This document shows positions 20,029-30,169 of a stretch of 64,000 bases of DNA, piece by piece. The notes beneath the pieces were generated by a model. The model was not told the origin of the DNA. It saw nothing but the letters and a program-made list of their open reading frames with translations, and searched no databases. This DNA is from an uncultured Pelagibacteraceae bacterium (GTDB lineage: Bacteria; Pseudomonadota; Alphaproteobacteria; Pelagibacterales; AG-422-B15). Where the stretch lies: assembly GCA_902580665.1 (NCBI GenBank), contig CACHLP010000002.1, forward strand, positions 6,337 through 70,336, in the 5' to 3' direction. The number at the start of each line of letters is the position of its first letter. Positions within the stretch are counted from its first letter, which is position 1. A program made the position numbers and the translations under genes.

Positions 20029-21828
20029 ATGGTTAAATATAGAACACATAATTGCAATGAGTTAAAAGAAAGCGACGTAAATAGAGACGTCATACTTGCT
20101 GGGTGGATTCACCGCAAACGGGATCATGGCAATGTCTTGTTTATTGACTTGAGAGATCATTATGGCGTAACTCAGTGTGTTATTGAAAAAACCAATATAA
20201 AATTGTTAAAAGAAACTGAAAGTCTAAGAGCCGAGTCAGTAATAAAAATAGACGGTACAGTTATTAAGCGTGATAATGAAACCATCAATGAAAATTTATT
20301 AACAGGTAAAATTGAGATTTCCGTTAATTCGATAGAAGTTCTTTCTGCCGCAAATGAATTGCCAATGCCTGTATTTGGTGAAAATGAGTATCCAGAAGAG
20401 ATAAGATTAAAATATAGGTTTTTAGATATTCGAAGAGATGAGTTGCATAAAAATATTGTATTAAGATCATCTATTATTTCCCATATAAGAGAATTAATGT
20501 CAGAGGCAGGTTTTCTTGAAATGCAGACGCCCATTTTAACTGCATCAAGTCCTGAAGGCGCTAGAGATTATCTTGTACCAAGCAGGATTCACTCTGGAAA
20601 ATTCTACGCCTTACCACAAGCGCCTCAACAATTTAAGCAATTAATAATGGCAGGAGGGTTCGATAAATATTTTCAAATTGCCCCTTGTTTTAGAGACGAA
20701 GATGCCAGAGCAGACCGAAGTCCAGGGGAATTTTATCAATTAGATATGGAAATGGCATTTGTGGAACAAGATGACGTATTCAATGCCATTGAACCTGTTT
20801 TATCTTCAGTATTTAAGAAATTTTCAAATTTTAAAGTTACTGATTTACCGTTTCCAAGAATTACTTACAAGGAGGCGATGAAAAAGTATGCAACAGACAA
20901 ACCAGATTTAAGAAATCCAATTGAGATATGTGATATTACTCAAGAATTTTCTTATGATAATGTTGATTTTAAAGCCTTCAAAAAAATTATAGACTCTGGC
21001 GGGCGAGTATTAGGTATACCAGCACCGAAATCTTCATTGCAACCAAGAAGTTTTTTTGAAAATCTAAACAATTGGGCTAAAAAAGAAATGAATGCTAGGG
21101 GTCTTGGGTATATTATTTTTGAGGAAGTAGACGGAATAGTTACTGGAAAAGGTCCAATTGCTAAGTTTATACCAAGCAATATTCAATTAGAGATTGTTAA
21201 AAAGGCAAATTTAAACCCAGGAGACTCTATATTCTTTGCATGTGATAAAGGTAAATTAGTTTATGACATTGCTGCAGCAGCAAGGAACAGAATTGGAGAG
21301 ATTCTTGATGTTATTGAAAAAGATGTATTTAAATTCTGTTGGGTTATAGATTTTCCAATGTATGAGCAGGATAGGGATACAGGTAAAATTGATTTTAGTC
21401 ATAACCCATTTTCTATGCCGCAAGGTGGATTAGAAGCATTAGAAAATAGTGATCCTCTGGATGTTCTAGGATATCAATACGATATTGTTTGCAACGGCAT
21501 TGAGCTATCATCCGGAGCTATAAGAAATCATATACCAGAAATTATGTATAAAGCTTTTGAGATAAGCGGCTACACCAAAAAACAGGTACAAGACAAATTT
21601 GGTGGAATGATAAACGCCTTTTCTTACGGAGTGCCACCTCATGGGGGTATAGCTCCTGGCATTGATAGAATTGTAATGCTTCTTGCTCATGAAAAGAATA
21701 TCAGGGAGGTAATTTTATTTCCTATGAATCAACAGGCACAAGATCTCATGATGCTTGCGCCAGCAGAAGTTGATAACAAAATCTTGGATGAGCTGAGTCT
21801 AAAAGTAACATCTACCGAAGAAGATTAA
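20029..21828 (+). CDS. aspS: aspartyl-tRNA synthetase
   Basis: 599 aa. It has an OB anticodon-binding N-domain and class II motifs ([25 protein letters not shown]). Confidence 0.95.
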   Translation: MVKYRTHNCNELKESDVNRDVILAGWIHRKRDHGNVLFIDLRDHYGVTQCVIEKTNIKLLKETESLRAESVIKIDGTVIKRDNETINENLLTGKIEISVNSIEVLSAANELPMPVFGENEYPEEIRLKYRFLDIRRDELHKNIVLRSSIISHIRELMSEAGFLEMQTPILTASSPEGARDYLVPSRIHSGKFYALPQAPQQFKQLIMAGGFDKYFQIAPCFRDEDARADRSPGEFYQLDMEMAFVEQDDVFNAIEPVLSSVFKKFSNFKVTDLPFPRITYKEAMKKYATDKPDLRNPIEICDITQEFSYDNVDFKAFKKIIDSGGRVLGIPAPKSSLQPRSFFENLNNWAKKEMNARGLGYIIFEEVDGIVTGKGPIAKFIPSNIQLEIVKKANLNPGDSIFFACDKGKLVYDIAAAARNRIGEILDVIEKDVFKFCWVIDFPMYEQDRDTGKIDFSHNPFSMPQGGLEALENSDPLDVLGYQYDIVCNGIELSSGAIRNHIPEIMYKAFEISGYTKKQVQDKFGGMINAFSYGVPPHGGIAPGIDRIVMLLAHEKNIREVILFPMNQQAQDLMMLAPAEVDNKILDELSLKVTSTEED

Positions 21829-24800
21829 GAACAGCCTGTGGTAGCTCCGCACGTATCGCATTTGAGACAAGTTCCATTTCTCACCAAAGTAAATGAACCA
21901 CATTCAGGGCAAGCGTCACCCTCGTAGCCCATCATCCTTGCTGCTTGAACTCTACTCATTGATGCGTCTGATATACCTTCAGATGAAGAAGAACTAATAG
22001 TTGATGCCGCTACCTCTGCAGTCATAGCACTTATACCTCCAGAGGAGCTTACTACTGAAAGACCATCTTGACTCCTTAAGTAACCTTGGCTGGATACTTT
22101 TTTAACAAGTTTCCATGGTATCTCATTATTTTTAAGCGTTCCTTCATCGGCGCCTGTGCCAAGAGAAAAGTCTACATCAGTATTATCTGCATGAGCTAGG
22201 TCATTTCTACCTAAGTAAGAAACAGCTAATTCCCTAAATACGTAATCTAGTATTGATGTGGCATTTTTGATTCTATTATTTCCCTGAACAACACCAGCAG
22301 GATCAAATCTTGTAAATGTGTATGCCTCTACGTATTCCTCAAGAGGAACTCCATATTGAAGTCCAATGGAAATTGCTATAGCAAAATTATTCATTAAACT
22401 TCTCAAAAAAGCACCTTCTTTGTGCATATCGATAAATATCTCACCTAAACTGCCATCTTCATATTCTCCTGTATGAAGATAAACTTTGTGACCGCCAACA
22501 ATTGCTTTTTGTATGTAGCCTTTTCGTCTATCAGGGACCTTATTCCTTGATCCATAAACAATTGAATTAACTGCTTCCTGAGCAACAGCAATTGTTTTCT
22601 CAACTTGAGATTTCTCTGCAATAATTTGATCAGACTCAGCAACATCTTCATCTTCAACTAATTTTGATGCGAGCGGCTGACTTAGTTTTGATCCATCTCG
22701 GTATAATGCATTGGCTTTTGTTCCCAGCTTCCAAGAGAGAAGGTAGGCTTCGTTACAATCTTTTACGTCTGAGTCAGAAGGCATATTAATTGTTTTGGAA
22801 ATTGCCCCTGAAATAAAAGGTTGAGCTGCTGCCATCATTCTTATATGGCTTTCAACAGATAAAAATCTTTTACCTATTCTTCCACATGGATTAGCGCAGT
22901 CAAAAACCGCTAAATGTTCTTCTTTAATATAAGGAGAGCCCTCTAGAGTCATTGTCCCACAACAATATGTATTAGCCTCATCTATTTCTTCATTAGAGAA
23001 ACCCAAGAAGGCAAGCATATTAAAATTCATATCAGCTATCTGTTCATCAGAGATATTTAGTTTTTCTGAGCAGAACTCTTTTCCTAAAGTAAAAGAATTA
23101 AATGAAAACCTTATGTCAAAAACATTCTTTAAGTTTTGCTCTAATAATTCTAGCTGTTCCTCGTCAAAACCTTTTTCTTTAAGTGACACGTGATTAATGA
23201 AAGGAGCGTCTTTTAAGGTCCCATATCCAACAGCATAATTTATTGTTTCTTCTACTTCTTCATCAGTGTATTGCAGTTGTTTTAATGCTTCAGGAACTGT
23301 TCTGTTTATAATCTTAAAGTACCCTCCACCTGCAAGTTTCTTAAATTTAACCATTGCGAAATCAGGTTCGATTCCAGTCGTGTCACAGTCCATGACAAGT
23401 CCAATAGTGCCTGTAGGGGCTATAACTGTTGTTTGAGCGTTTCTAAATCCATATTTTTGACCACCTTCATAAGCCTCATCCCAAGCTTTTTGAGCTTCTA
23501 TACCAAGATCAGTGTCCCTTAAATTTTCAACAATAAATGGCACAGGATTTATATTTAAATCTTCATATCCTTCAGCATTTCCATGAGCGGCCCTTTTATG
23601 ATTCCTTATTACGCGAAGCATATTTTTTGCATTCTGTTGATAGCCAGGGAAAGGACCTTGTTCAGACGCAATCTCTGCTGAGGTTGCGTAAGATATGCCA
23701 GTCATTAATGATGTTATTGCCGCACAGTTAGATCTGCCTTCTTCACTATCGTAAGCAACACCTTTTGACATTAGATATCCACCTAGATTTGCGTATCCCA
23801 ATCCCAGAGTTCGGTATTCATAGGATAACTTTGCAATTTCCTTAGATGGAAATTGTGCCATCATAACTGATATTTCTAGTATCAGAGTCCAGACTCTGAC
23901 CGCGTGTTTGAATAAAGTTGTATCGAGACACTTATTTTCATCCATAAAAGTCATTAAATTAAGCGAAGCTAAATTACATGCAGTGTTATCCAGAAACATG
24001 TACTCTGAGCAGGGATTTGACGCACGAATTTCTCCACTCTCTGGACAGGTATGCCAATCATTAATTGTTGTATGAAACTGTATCCCAGGGTCCGCACATG
24101 CCCATGCTGAATATCCAACCTGATCCCATAGCTCTTTTGCGTTTACTATTTTATTAATTGATCCATCGGTTCTATTTACTAAGTTCCATTCTTTATCGTT
24201 TATAACTGCATCAAGGAATTCATCTGTCACTCGTACAGAGTTGTTAGAATTTTGACCTGACACTGTTACATATGCTTCAGAGTCCCAATCAGTATTGTAA
24301 GTTTCAAATTCTATTGACTTATATCCTTGTTTTGCAAAATGGATTATCCTTTGAATATAATTTTCAGGTACTTCGTTGCGCCTTGCTGCTATAATCTCTC
24401 TCTTTAAAGCAGGGTTTTTTGAAGGTTCAAAACAGCTTTCTCCATCTGCTTCACAGTTGTGACATGCACTCATAATACTTTTAAGGTGCTTTGAGCATAT
24501 TTTTGAACCAGTTACAATGGATGCAACTTTTTGCTCTTCTGTAACTTTCCACTTAATAAATTCTTCTATATCTGGATGGTCAATGTCTACGACAACCATT
24601 TTAGCTGCTCTTCTTGTGGTTCCGCCAGATTTTATTGCACCAGCTGCTCTATCACCAATTTTTAAAAAACTCATCAAACCAGATGATTTTCCTCCACCCG
24701 ATAATCCTTCGGTAGAACCTCTTAAACTAGAAAAATTGGTTCCAGTTCCTGAGCCATATTTAAACAATCGAGCTTCTCTAACCCAAAGGTCCATTATGCC

Positions 24801-25421
24801 TCCATCATTAACAAGATCATCATCAATGCTTTGTATGAAACAAGCATGAGGTTGGGGCCTTTCATAAGAACTTGATGATCTAGTAAGTTTGCCGTTTTCA
24901 TGGTCAACATAAAAGTGACCTTGAGATGGTCCATCTATGCCATATGCCCAGTTAAGCCCAGTATTGAACCATTGAGGACTGTTAGGTGCAACCATTTGAT
25001 TGGCTAGCATATATCTAACTTCATCAAAAAAAGCTTTTGCATCCTCCTCTGAAGAGAAATAACCACCTTTCCATCCCCAATATGTCCAGGCTCCAGCAAG
25101 CCTATCAAAAACTTGTTGCGAGTTTTTTTCTGATGAATAATTGAGGTCGCTTGATTCTTCGTCTGCTATTCTTGGAGACAGCCATGAGGGTATATTTCTT
25201 TCTTCAGTTCTCTTGAGTTTATTGGGAACACCAGCTTTTCTAAAATATTTTTGTGAAAGTATATCACTTGCAACCTGACTCCATTGCTCAGGCACTTCAA
25301 AATCTTTCAGTTCAAAAACGATAGAACCATCAGGATTTCGTATTTCAGTCGAAACTTTTTTAAATTTAATATTTTGATATGGAGATTGATTATCACTTGT
25401 AAATTCTCTATTTATTTTCAT
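21825..25421 (-). CDS. nrdJ: class II (adenosylcobalamin-dependent) ribonucleotide reductase
   Basis: 1198 aa. The N-terminus ([54 protein letters not shown]) is characteristic of the long alphaproteobacterial NrdJ. It also has the active-site region NPCSEY and a C-terminal CPECG...CLKCDTCG zinc ribbon. Confidence 0.9.
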   Translation of the reverse strand: MKINREFTSDNQSPYQNIKFKKVSTEIRNPDGSIVFELKDFEVPEQWSQVASDILSQKYFRKAGVPNKLKRTEERNIPSWLSPRIADEESSDLNYSSEKNSQQVFDRLAGAWTYWGWKGGYFSSEEDAKAFFDEVRYMLANQMVAPNSPQWFNTGLNWAYGIDGPSQGHFYVDHENGKLTRSSSSYERPQPHACFIQSIDDDLVNDGGIMDLWVREARLFKYGSGTGTNFSSLRGSTEGLSGGGKSSGLMSFLKIGDRAAGAIKSGGTTRRAAKMVVVDIDHPDIEEFIKWKVTEEQKVASIVTGSKICSKHLKSIMSACHNCEADGESCFEPSKNPALKREIIAARRNEVPENYIQRIIHFAKQGYKSIEFETYNTDWDSEAYVTVSGQNSNNSVRVTDEFLDAVINDKEWNLVNRTDGSINKIVNAKELWDQVGYSAWACADPGIQFHTTINDWHTCPESGEIRASNPCSEYMFLDNTACNLASLNLMTFMDENKCLDTTLFKHAVRVWTLILEISVMMAQFPSKEIAKLSYEYRTLGLGYANLGGYLMSKGVAYDSEEGRSNCAAITSLMTGISYATSAEIASEQGPFPGYQQNAKNMLRVIRNHKRAAHGNAEGYEDLNINPVPFIVENLRDTDLGIEAQKAWDEAYEGGQKYGFRNAQTTVIAPTGTIGLVMDCDTTGIEPDFAMVKFKKLAGGGYFKIINRTVPEALKQLQYTDEEVEETINYAVGYGTLKDAPFINHVSLKEKGFDEEQLELLEQNLKNVFDIRFSFNSFTLGKEFCSEKLNISDEQIADMNFNMLAFLGFSNEEIDEANTYCCGTMTLEGSPYIKEEHLAVFDCANPCGRIGKRFLSVESHIRMMAAAQPFISGAISKTINMPSDSDVKDCNEAYLLSWKLGTKANALYRDGSKLSQPLASKLVEDEDVAESDQIIAEKSQVEKTIAVAQEAVNSIVYGSRNKVPDRRKGYIQKAIVGGHKVYLHTGEYEDGSLGEIFIDMHKEGAFLRSLMNNFAIAISIGLQYGVPLEEYVEAYTFTRFDPAGVVQGNNRIKNATSILDYVFRELAVSYLGRNDLAHADNTDVDFSLGTGADEGTLKNNEIPWKLVKKVSSQGYLRSQDGLSVVSSSGGISAMTAEVAASTISSSSSEGISDASMSRVQAARMMGYEGDACPECGSFTLVRNGTCLKCDTCGATTGCS

Positions 25422-25559
25422 TTTTTTTTCCTTAATAACAATAGCACAACAACAGCAGTTTAAATCAAGAACGAGTTAAGAATGGTTCCGACCGATTTAT
25501 TTCCAGAATGTTAATTGAGCAACTTTCTAGAAATCCAATATTTATTATTTGAAAAACGA

Positions 25560-25606
25560 AGTCAACATGTTGTATAAAAAAAATCTATAGCCACAATATA
25601 AGGTAC
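25560..25606. promoter_or_regulatory. candidate tandem NrdR boxes upstream of nrdJ
   Basis: There are two 16-bp boxes, AGTCAACATGTTGTAT (25560-25575) and CCACAATATAAGGTAC (25591-25606). Each matches my recollection of the NrdR consensus acaCwAtATaTwGtgt at 11/16 positions. The gap is 15 bp (31 bp centre to centre). They lie 140-185 nt upstream of the nrdJ ATG. Confidence 0.35.
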
Positions 25607-25718
25607 CAAAATTGTGGTTAATATTAAAATATGTATTTATTTCAATGATTTAAGCAGTAACCATAATTTAAAATTTGTTGAAAAAACTGTTAATTTAAAT
25701 AAATATAATGCTAATTTT

Positions 25719-26081
25719 ATGCTTAAAGAAATATTTACATGGTGGAATGGCCAAACACTCGGAACCCGATTATGGACCTATTTTACCGGTATTCCTGCTG
25801 GAGTGGATAGCCAAGGCAATAAGTATTTTCATAATAAAAGAGATACGAAAAGATGGGTCATATATGCTAATGAGGTCGAATCTACATATGTTAACCCAGA
25901 ATGGAATAATTGGCTAAGGTTCACGTCCAAGGTTAAGACCTCAGAAGACAAAAAATATGAATGGCAAAAAAATCATCTTTCAAATCAAACTGGTACTGAA
26001 AATGCCTACGATCCTGAAAAAAATAATACAAATGAAAGATCCAAGAAAAGAAATGATGATTATATTAAATGGTCACCATAA
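25719..26081 (+). CDS. NDUFA12-like (complex I B17.2-type) protein
   Basis: The start is chosen at MLKEIFTWWNGQTLGTRLWT, the typical N-terminus of the bacterial NDUFA12 family. The motif RWVIY...PEWNNWL is present. The track start at 25614 is a GTG extension into the intergenic region. Confidence 0.8.
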   Translation: MLKEIFTWWNGQTLGTRLWTYFTGIPAGVDSQGNKYFHNKRDTKRWVIYANEVESTYVNPEWNNWLRFTSKVKTSEDKKYEWQKNHLSNQTGTENAYDPEKNNTNERSKKRNDDYIKWSP

Positions 26082-26556
26082 GAATTTAAGTAAGTTAGCA
26101 TTTATTTTTATTATTTTACTTATATTTCCCTTAAATGCAGAGGAAATTAAGATTGCTCCGCTTATAAATCTTGATGAAATTGAGCCAACTTACGATGAGG
26201 AAATTATCTTAAATAATGTTGATAATCAATTAAGTGAAAGCAAGCAAAACGATAGTGATCGTTATGATAACAATGTCAACATGGCTGAAATTAGCATATT
26301 AAATAAAATCACTACTAATGTTGATACGCTGAAGATACCTCTGAAAGAAAATTTTCTTTACCAGGAATTAAAGATATATCCAATTGATTGCCATTTAAGT
26401 GGACCTTATGAAAAAAATGAGATTGGAATATACTTAAACATTCACCATAGAGCTTCTAAAGAAAAAATATTTAATGGATGGATGCTTAAATCATTGCCTT
26501 CAATTTCATCAATGGAACATCCAATTTATGATATATGGGTTGAGGATTGTTTCTAA
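26053..26556 (+). CDS. DUF2155-like exported protein
   Basis: It has a signal peptide (MMIILNGHHKNLSKLAFIFIILLIFPLNA) and a conserved C-terminal half (ILNKITTNVDTLKIPLKE...YPIDCHLSGPYEKNE...WMLKSLPSISSMEHPIYDIWVEDC). It follows the NDUFA12-like gene as in other alphaproteobacteria. The start is uncertain and overlaps the upstream gene by about 29 nt. Confidence 0.65.
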   Translation: MMIILNGHHKNLSKLAFIFIILLIFPLNAEEIKIAPLINLDEIEPTYDEEIILNNVDNQLSESKQNDSDRYDNNVNMAEISILNKITTNVDTLKIPLKENFLYQELKIYPIDCHLSGPYEKNEIGIYLNIHHRASKEKIFNGWMLKSLPSISSMEHPIYDIWVEDCF

Positions 26557-26557
26557 G

Positions 26558-27898
26558 TTAGAGTTTATTTATATTTTTTTCTAGCCAATTAATTGGTACG
26601 GCCCCATTTTTAAAATCATTTGAAGAAAGTATTTTTTTGTGAAGATCAATGTTTGTTTCTATTCCATCAATGACAATTTCGTTTAGCGATCTAAGTGCTC
26701 TTTTGATTGCGTGGTTTCTTGTTCTACCTGTTACAATAAGCTTTGCTAATAAATTGTCATAGTAATGGGGCACTTTATAGCCAGAATATATGAATGTATC
26801 TAATCTAATACCATTTCCAGCTGGTGGATGATACATTTTAATTGTTCCGGAAGATGGCTTAAAATTAGTTGAATTTTCAGCATTTATTCTACATTCTATT
26901 GAGTGTCCAAGAGGTTTTATATTTTCCTGAGATGTAAATATTTTATCACCTGCAGCTACACAAATCTGCTCTCTTACTAAATCTATCCTCGTTAACATCT
27001 CAGTTATTGGATGCTCAACTTGAAGTCTAGTATTCATTTCCATAAAATAGAATTCATTATCAGCGAATAAGAACTCAAGAGTACCTAAGCCTAAATAACC
27101 CATCTTTGCCATCGCATCTATACATATTTTGAAAAGCTTTTCTTTTTTGGCTTGATCTATTTCAGGTGCTAGTGCTTCTTCGATCACTTTTTGATTCCTT
27201 CTTTGAATGGAACAGTCCCTTTCATGCAAGTGAAGAAAATTATTATGACTGTCACAAATTACTTGAATTTCAATGTGTCTTGGAGAGTCAATAAATTTTT
27301 CAATATAAATTGAATCACTTCCAAAAAATGATAACGCTTCTTGTTTTATTATTGGTAAAGCATTGGTTAATTCTTTTTCGTCATGCACTACTTTCATTCC
27401 TCTACCTCCGCCACCCGCACTAGCTTTTAAAAGGACGGGGAATCCAATATTTTTTGATGTTTTTAATGCATCTTTAAGGTCAACTACCGCTCCTTTTGAG
27501 CCAGGCACCGTAGGGACACCGTATTCTTGCATTATTTTTTTTGCCTCTATCTTATCACCCATCATACTTATGTGTTTATACTTTGGTCCTATGAATGTTA
27601 ATTTGTGATCTTCTAACATTTTTGCAAATGAAGCATTTTCAGATAGAAAACCGTAACCAGGGTGAACTGCTTGAGCACCTGTGATTTCGCAAGCAGAAAC
27701 AATTGAATGAGCATTTAAATAACTTTTATTTACTGCGTTTGGCCCAATACAAACACTTTCATCAGCAATTCTTACATGCATTGATTCAGTGTCAGCTTCA
27801 CTGTGAATTGCTACAGTTGATATGCCAAGTTCTTGACATGCTCTGTTAATTCTAACCGCGATTTCACCTCGATTAGCAATCAAGACTTTATTAAACAT
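26558..27898 (-). CDS. accC: acetyl-CoA carboxylase biotin carboxylase subunit
   Basis: 446 aa with N-terminal MFNKVLIANRGEIAVR, the ATP-grasp glycine loop (ASAGGGGRGMK) and EMNTRLQVEHP. Confidence 0.95.
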   Translation of the reverse strand: MFNKVLIANRGEIAVRINRACQELGISTVAIHSEADTESMHVRIADESVCIGPNAVNKSYLNAHSIVSACEITGAQAVHPGYGFLSENASFAKMLEDHKLTFIGPKYKHISMMGDKIEAKKIMQEYGVPTVPGSKGAVVDLKDALKTSKNIGFPVLLKASAGGGGRGMKVVHDEKELTNALPIIKQEALSFFGSDSIYIEKFIDSPRHIEIQVICDSHNNFLHLHERDCSIQRRNQKVIEEALAPEIDQAKKEKLFKICIDAMAKMGYLGLGTLEFLFADNEFYFMEMNTRLQVEHPITEMLTRIDLVREQICVAAGDKIFTSQENIKPLGHSIECRINAENSTNFKPSSGTIKMYHPPAGNGIRLDTFIYSGYKVPHYYDNLLAKLIVTGRTRNHAIKRALRSLNEIVIDGIETNIDLHKKILSSNDFKNGAVPINWLEKNINKL

Positions 27899-28345
27899 TC
27901 AACCTATTAGCATTAATGGCTGGCCAAACTCAACTGCCTGCTCATTTTCAACAAGAATCTTAACAATTTTTCCTTGGAGCGATGATTCTATTGGATTCAT
28001 AGTTTTCATTGCTTCGATAATAAGTAAGACTTGTCCTGATTTAATTTGACTCCCAATTTCAACAAACTTGTTTGCCCCTGGTTCTGGCTGAAGATAAACA
28101 GTGCCTACCATTGGAGATTTGATAGCTCTGGGATCATTTTTATAGTCAGTATCATTATTTTCTGCTTCATTTGTCTTAGCTTGTGATGGCATAATATTAT
28201 TTGTCCAAGATACCGCTCCCTTTGAAACCGAAACTGAGAAATCACCATCAGTATATGAAATCTCAGTGAGCTTTAAGTCATCTAATATTTTTGCTAAATC
28301 TTTTATTGGCTTAGAGTCTATTTTTTTTTTGGTTTTATCTGACAT
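27899..28345 (-). CDS. accB: biotin carboxyl carrier protein
   Basis: 148 aa with the biotinyl-lysine motif (IIEAMKTMNPIES) in a C-terminal lipoyl-like domain. It lies upstream of accC. Confidence 0.95.
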   Translation of the reverse strand: MSDKTKKKIDSKPIKDLAKILDDLKLTEISYTDGDFSVSVSKGAVSWTNNIMPSQAKTNEAENNDTDYKNDPRAIKSPMVGTVYLQPEPGANKFVEIGSQIKSGQVLLIIEAMKTMNPIESSLQGKIVKILVENEQAVEFGQPLMLIG

Positions 28346-28356
28346 ATTTTAACTAT

Positions 28357-28794
28357 CTATATTAATTTATTAATTCCATCAACTGCAAGTAAATAACTGT
28401 TAGACCCGAATCCACATATAACTCCATTTACTCCCTTGCTTATGAAAGAGTGGTGCCTAAAATCTTCACGTTTAAATAGGTTCGATAAGTGTACTTCAAT
28501 TTTTGGAATTTGTATTGCAAGTAAGGCATCTAACACAGCTACAGAGGTATGAGAAAATCCAGCTGCATTTATTATTATTCCATTGGATGATTGATTTGAA
28601 TTTTGTATACAATCAACAATTTCACCCTCGGAGTTTGATTGAAAAAAAGAAGCTTCAAATTCATACTTTCTATTTATTATATGCGATTTAACTAACGCCT
28701 GAATATCTTTAAGTGTTTCTGAGCCATAGATTTCAGGTTCACGTTTGCCCAGAAGGTTTAAATTTGGGCCGTCAATAATTTTTATTTTTTTCAT
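28357..28794 (-). CDS. aroQ: type II 3-dehydroquinate dehydratase
   Basis: It has the motif MKKIKIIDGPNLNLLGKREPEIYG and shows aroQ-accB-accC synteny. An alternative start is 12 nt upstream at 28806. Confidence 0.9.
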   Translation of the reverse strand: MKKIKIIDGPNLNLLGKREPEIYGSETLKDIQALVKSHIINRKYEFEASFFQSNSEGEIVDCIQNSNQSSNGIIINAAGFSHTSVAVLDALLAIQIPKIEVHLSNLFKREDFRHHSFISKGVNGVICGFGSNSYLLAVDGINKLI

Positions 28795-28816
28795 TTTTTT
28801 ACACAATATATATTAT

Positions 28817-30169
28817 TTAATTCTTATTTGTAGCCACTTCTTTTTTTAATATTTCAATTAAATCATATGTCCGGTACCATTCTGGTGTATTTTTCTCTAT
28901 GTTTACCATTGCCTTCGAGGCAAAATCGTAAGACAAATTTTTTTCTCCAATTAAAAAATAACGCTCAGCAGTGGCATAATTTGCAAAAGAAATGTTATCT
29001 AAATATGCATATGCCTTGGCAAGTAAATACCAGGAATATGCGTTTTGAGAGTTTAATTGAATAGATTGTTTTAAATAATTAATGCTTCTCTCTACTTTCT
29101 CCTTTTCTTCTGTCGATAACAAATAGTTACCTAGCATCATCATATATATATCATTATTTTTATTTAAGTTATTTATCGCATTATTTTGAAAATAAATAGC
29201 TTCATCATAATTCTGACTTACAAAATAAATTTCTCCGATGAGCTCCTTAAAAAATGGGTTTTTATTATCAGTTTTAATTAGTTTTTTTAGATTTTCAGTA
29301 GATTGCTTATGATCCCCATTCAAATAACTTGATACTGCATTTGCATAAAGATCTTGGGTTTCGTCTGAATTATATACAGCTTTAGTTTCTTCATATGTAT
29401 GCGTGAAGCCAAACAACTTTGCTTTTAGTAAATCAAATCTCTTTTCTAATTCTTTATCTATTTGAAAATCACATCCTTTATTTTTGCTTAATGCTAATTC
29501 AATCCAAGCAATTCTATCTTGGGGAAGGGGATGAGTAGATCTGTAGTTTTCAACTTTGGTTTTAACATTTGGACTTGATGATTCTAAGTTTTCAAGAAAA
29601 CTAGCAAGGTAGGATGCGTCTATCATACTGTTGCAAAGCATTGAAACTGCTTTTTGATCGGCTGACGCTTCTTGCGTTCTAGAGTAGTAAGTAAAGGTAT
29701 CCGCTACAGCTGCTTGTCCAACCATCACACCGGCAAATCCAGCATCAGTTGCACCAGTAATTAACCCTATTATACCCAACAAATATATAGGCATTGCCTT
29801 ATCTGAAATATTTGAAATTTCTTCTGACGTTCTGAAAATATGTCCACCTAATATGTGGGCTAGTTCATGGGCAATAACTGCTGCATATTCTCGATAATCC
29901 TTAGCTTGTATAATAATCTCAGTATTGATAAAAATATTTTTTCCTCCAGTGACGAAAGCGTTTATTTGTTTACTGTTGATAAAATATATATTTATATCCT
30001 CAGCTTCCATGTTGTTTTCTACAAGCAACATTTCAATTATATCATTTGTAAAATCTTCTAATTCAGTGTCCCTTATTACTTCTAGTGCATTGATAGAATT
30101 ACTAAGAGTGAAAAAAAATACTATATTGAAAACAAATAGAGATTTAACTCTATTCACTTCTGCCACCAA
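28817..30169 (-). CDS. M48-family zinc metalloprotease with TPR-like C-terminal domain (BepA-like)
   Basis: 450 aa with a signal-like N-terminus, the HELAHILGGH zinc motif and a helical-repeat C-terminal half (YLLAKAYAYLDN...). It overlaps the rne 3' end by 16 nt. Confidence 0.75.
   Translation of the reverse strand: MVAEVNRVKSLFVFNIVFFFTLSNSINALEVIRDTELEDFTNDIIEMLLVENNMEAEDINIYFINSKQINAFVTGGKNIFINTEIIIQAKDYREYAAVIAHELAHILGGHIFRTSEEISNISDKAMPIYLLGIIGLITGATDAGFAGVMVGQAAVADTFTYYSRTQEASADQKAVSMLCNSMIDASYLASFLENLESSSPNVKTKVENYRSTHPLPQDRIAWIELALSKNKGCDFQIDKELEKRFDLLKAKLFGFTHTYEETKAVYNSDETQDLYANAVSSYLNGDHKQSTENLKKLIKTDNKNPFFKELIGEIYFVSQNYDEAIYFQNNAINNLNKNNDIYMMMLGNYLLSTEEKEKVERSINYLKQSIQLNSQNAYSWYLLAKAYAYLDNISFANYATAERYFLIGEKNLSYDFASKAMVNIEKNTPEWYRTYDLIEILKKEVATNKN

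Noticed and set aside
25422-25560. I considered a cobalamin riboswitch in the leader of the B12-dependent nrdJ.
   Set aside because: No B12-box-like GC-rich core is visible in this very AT-rich leader. In addition, B12 riboswitches normally control B12-independent isozymes or transport genes, not nrdJ.
25614-25718. There is a GTG-initiated N-terminal extension of the NDUFA12-like ORF (track start 25614), and an alternative-frame ORF at 25708-25917.
   Set aside because: The family N-terminus (MLKEIFTWWNG) begins at ATG 25719. The extension covers the AT-rich intergenic region and the inverted repeat. The 25708 ORF is out of frame inside the supported gene.
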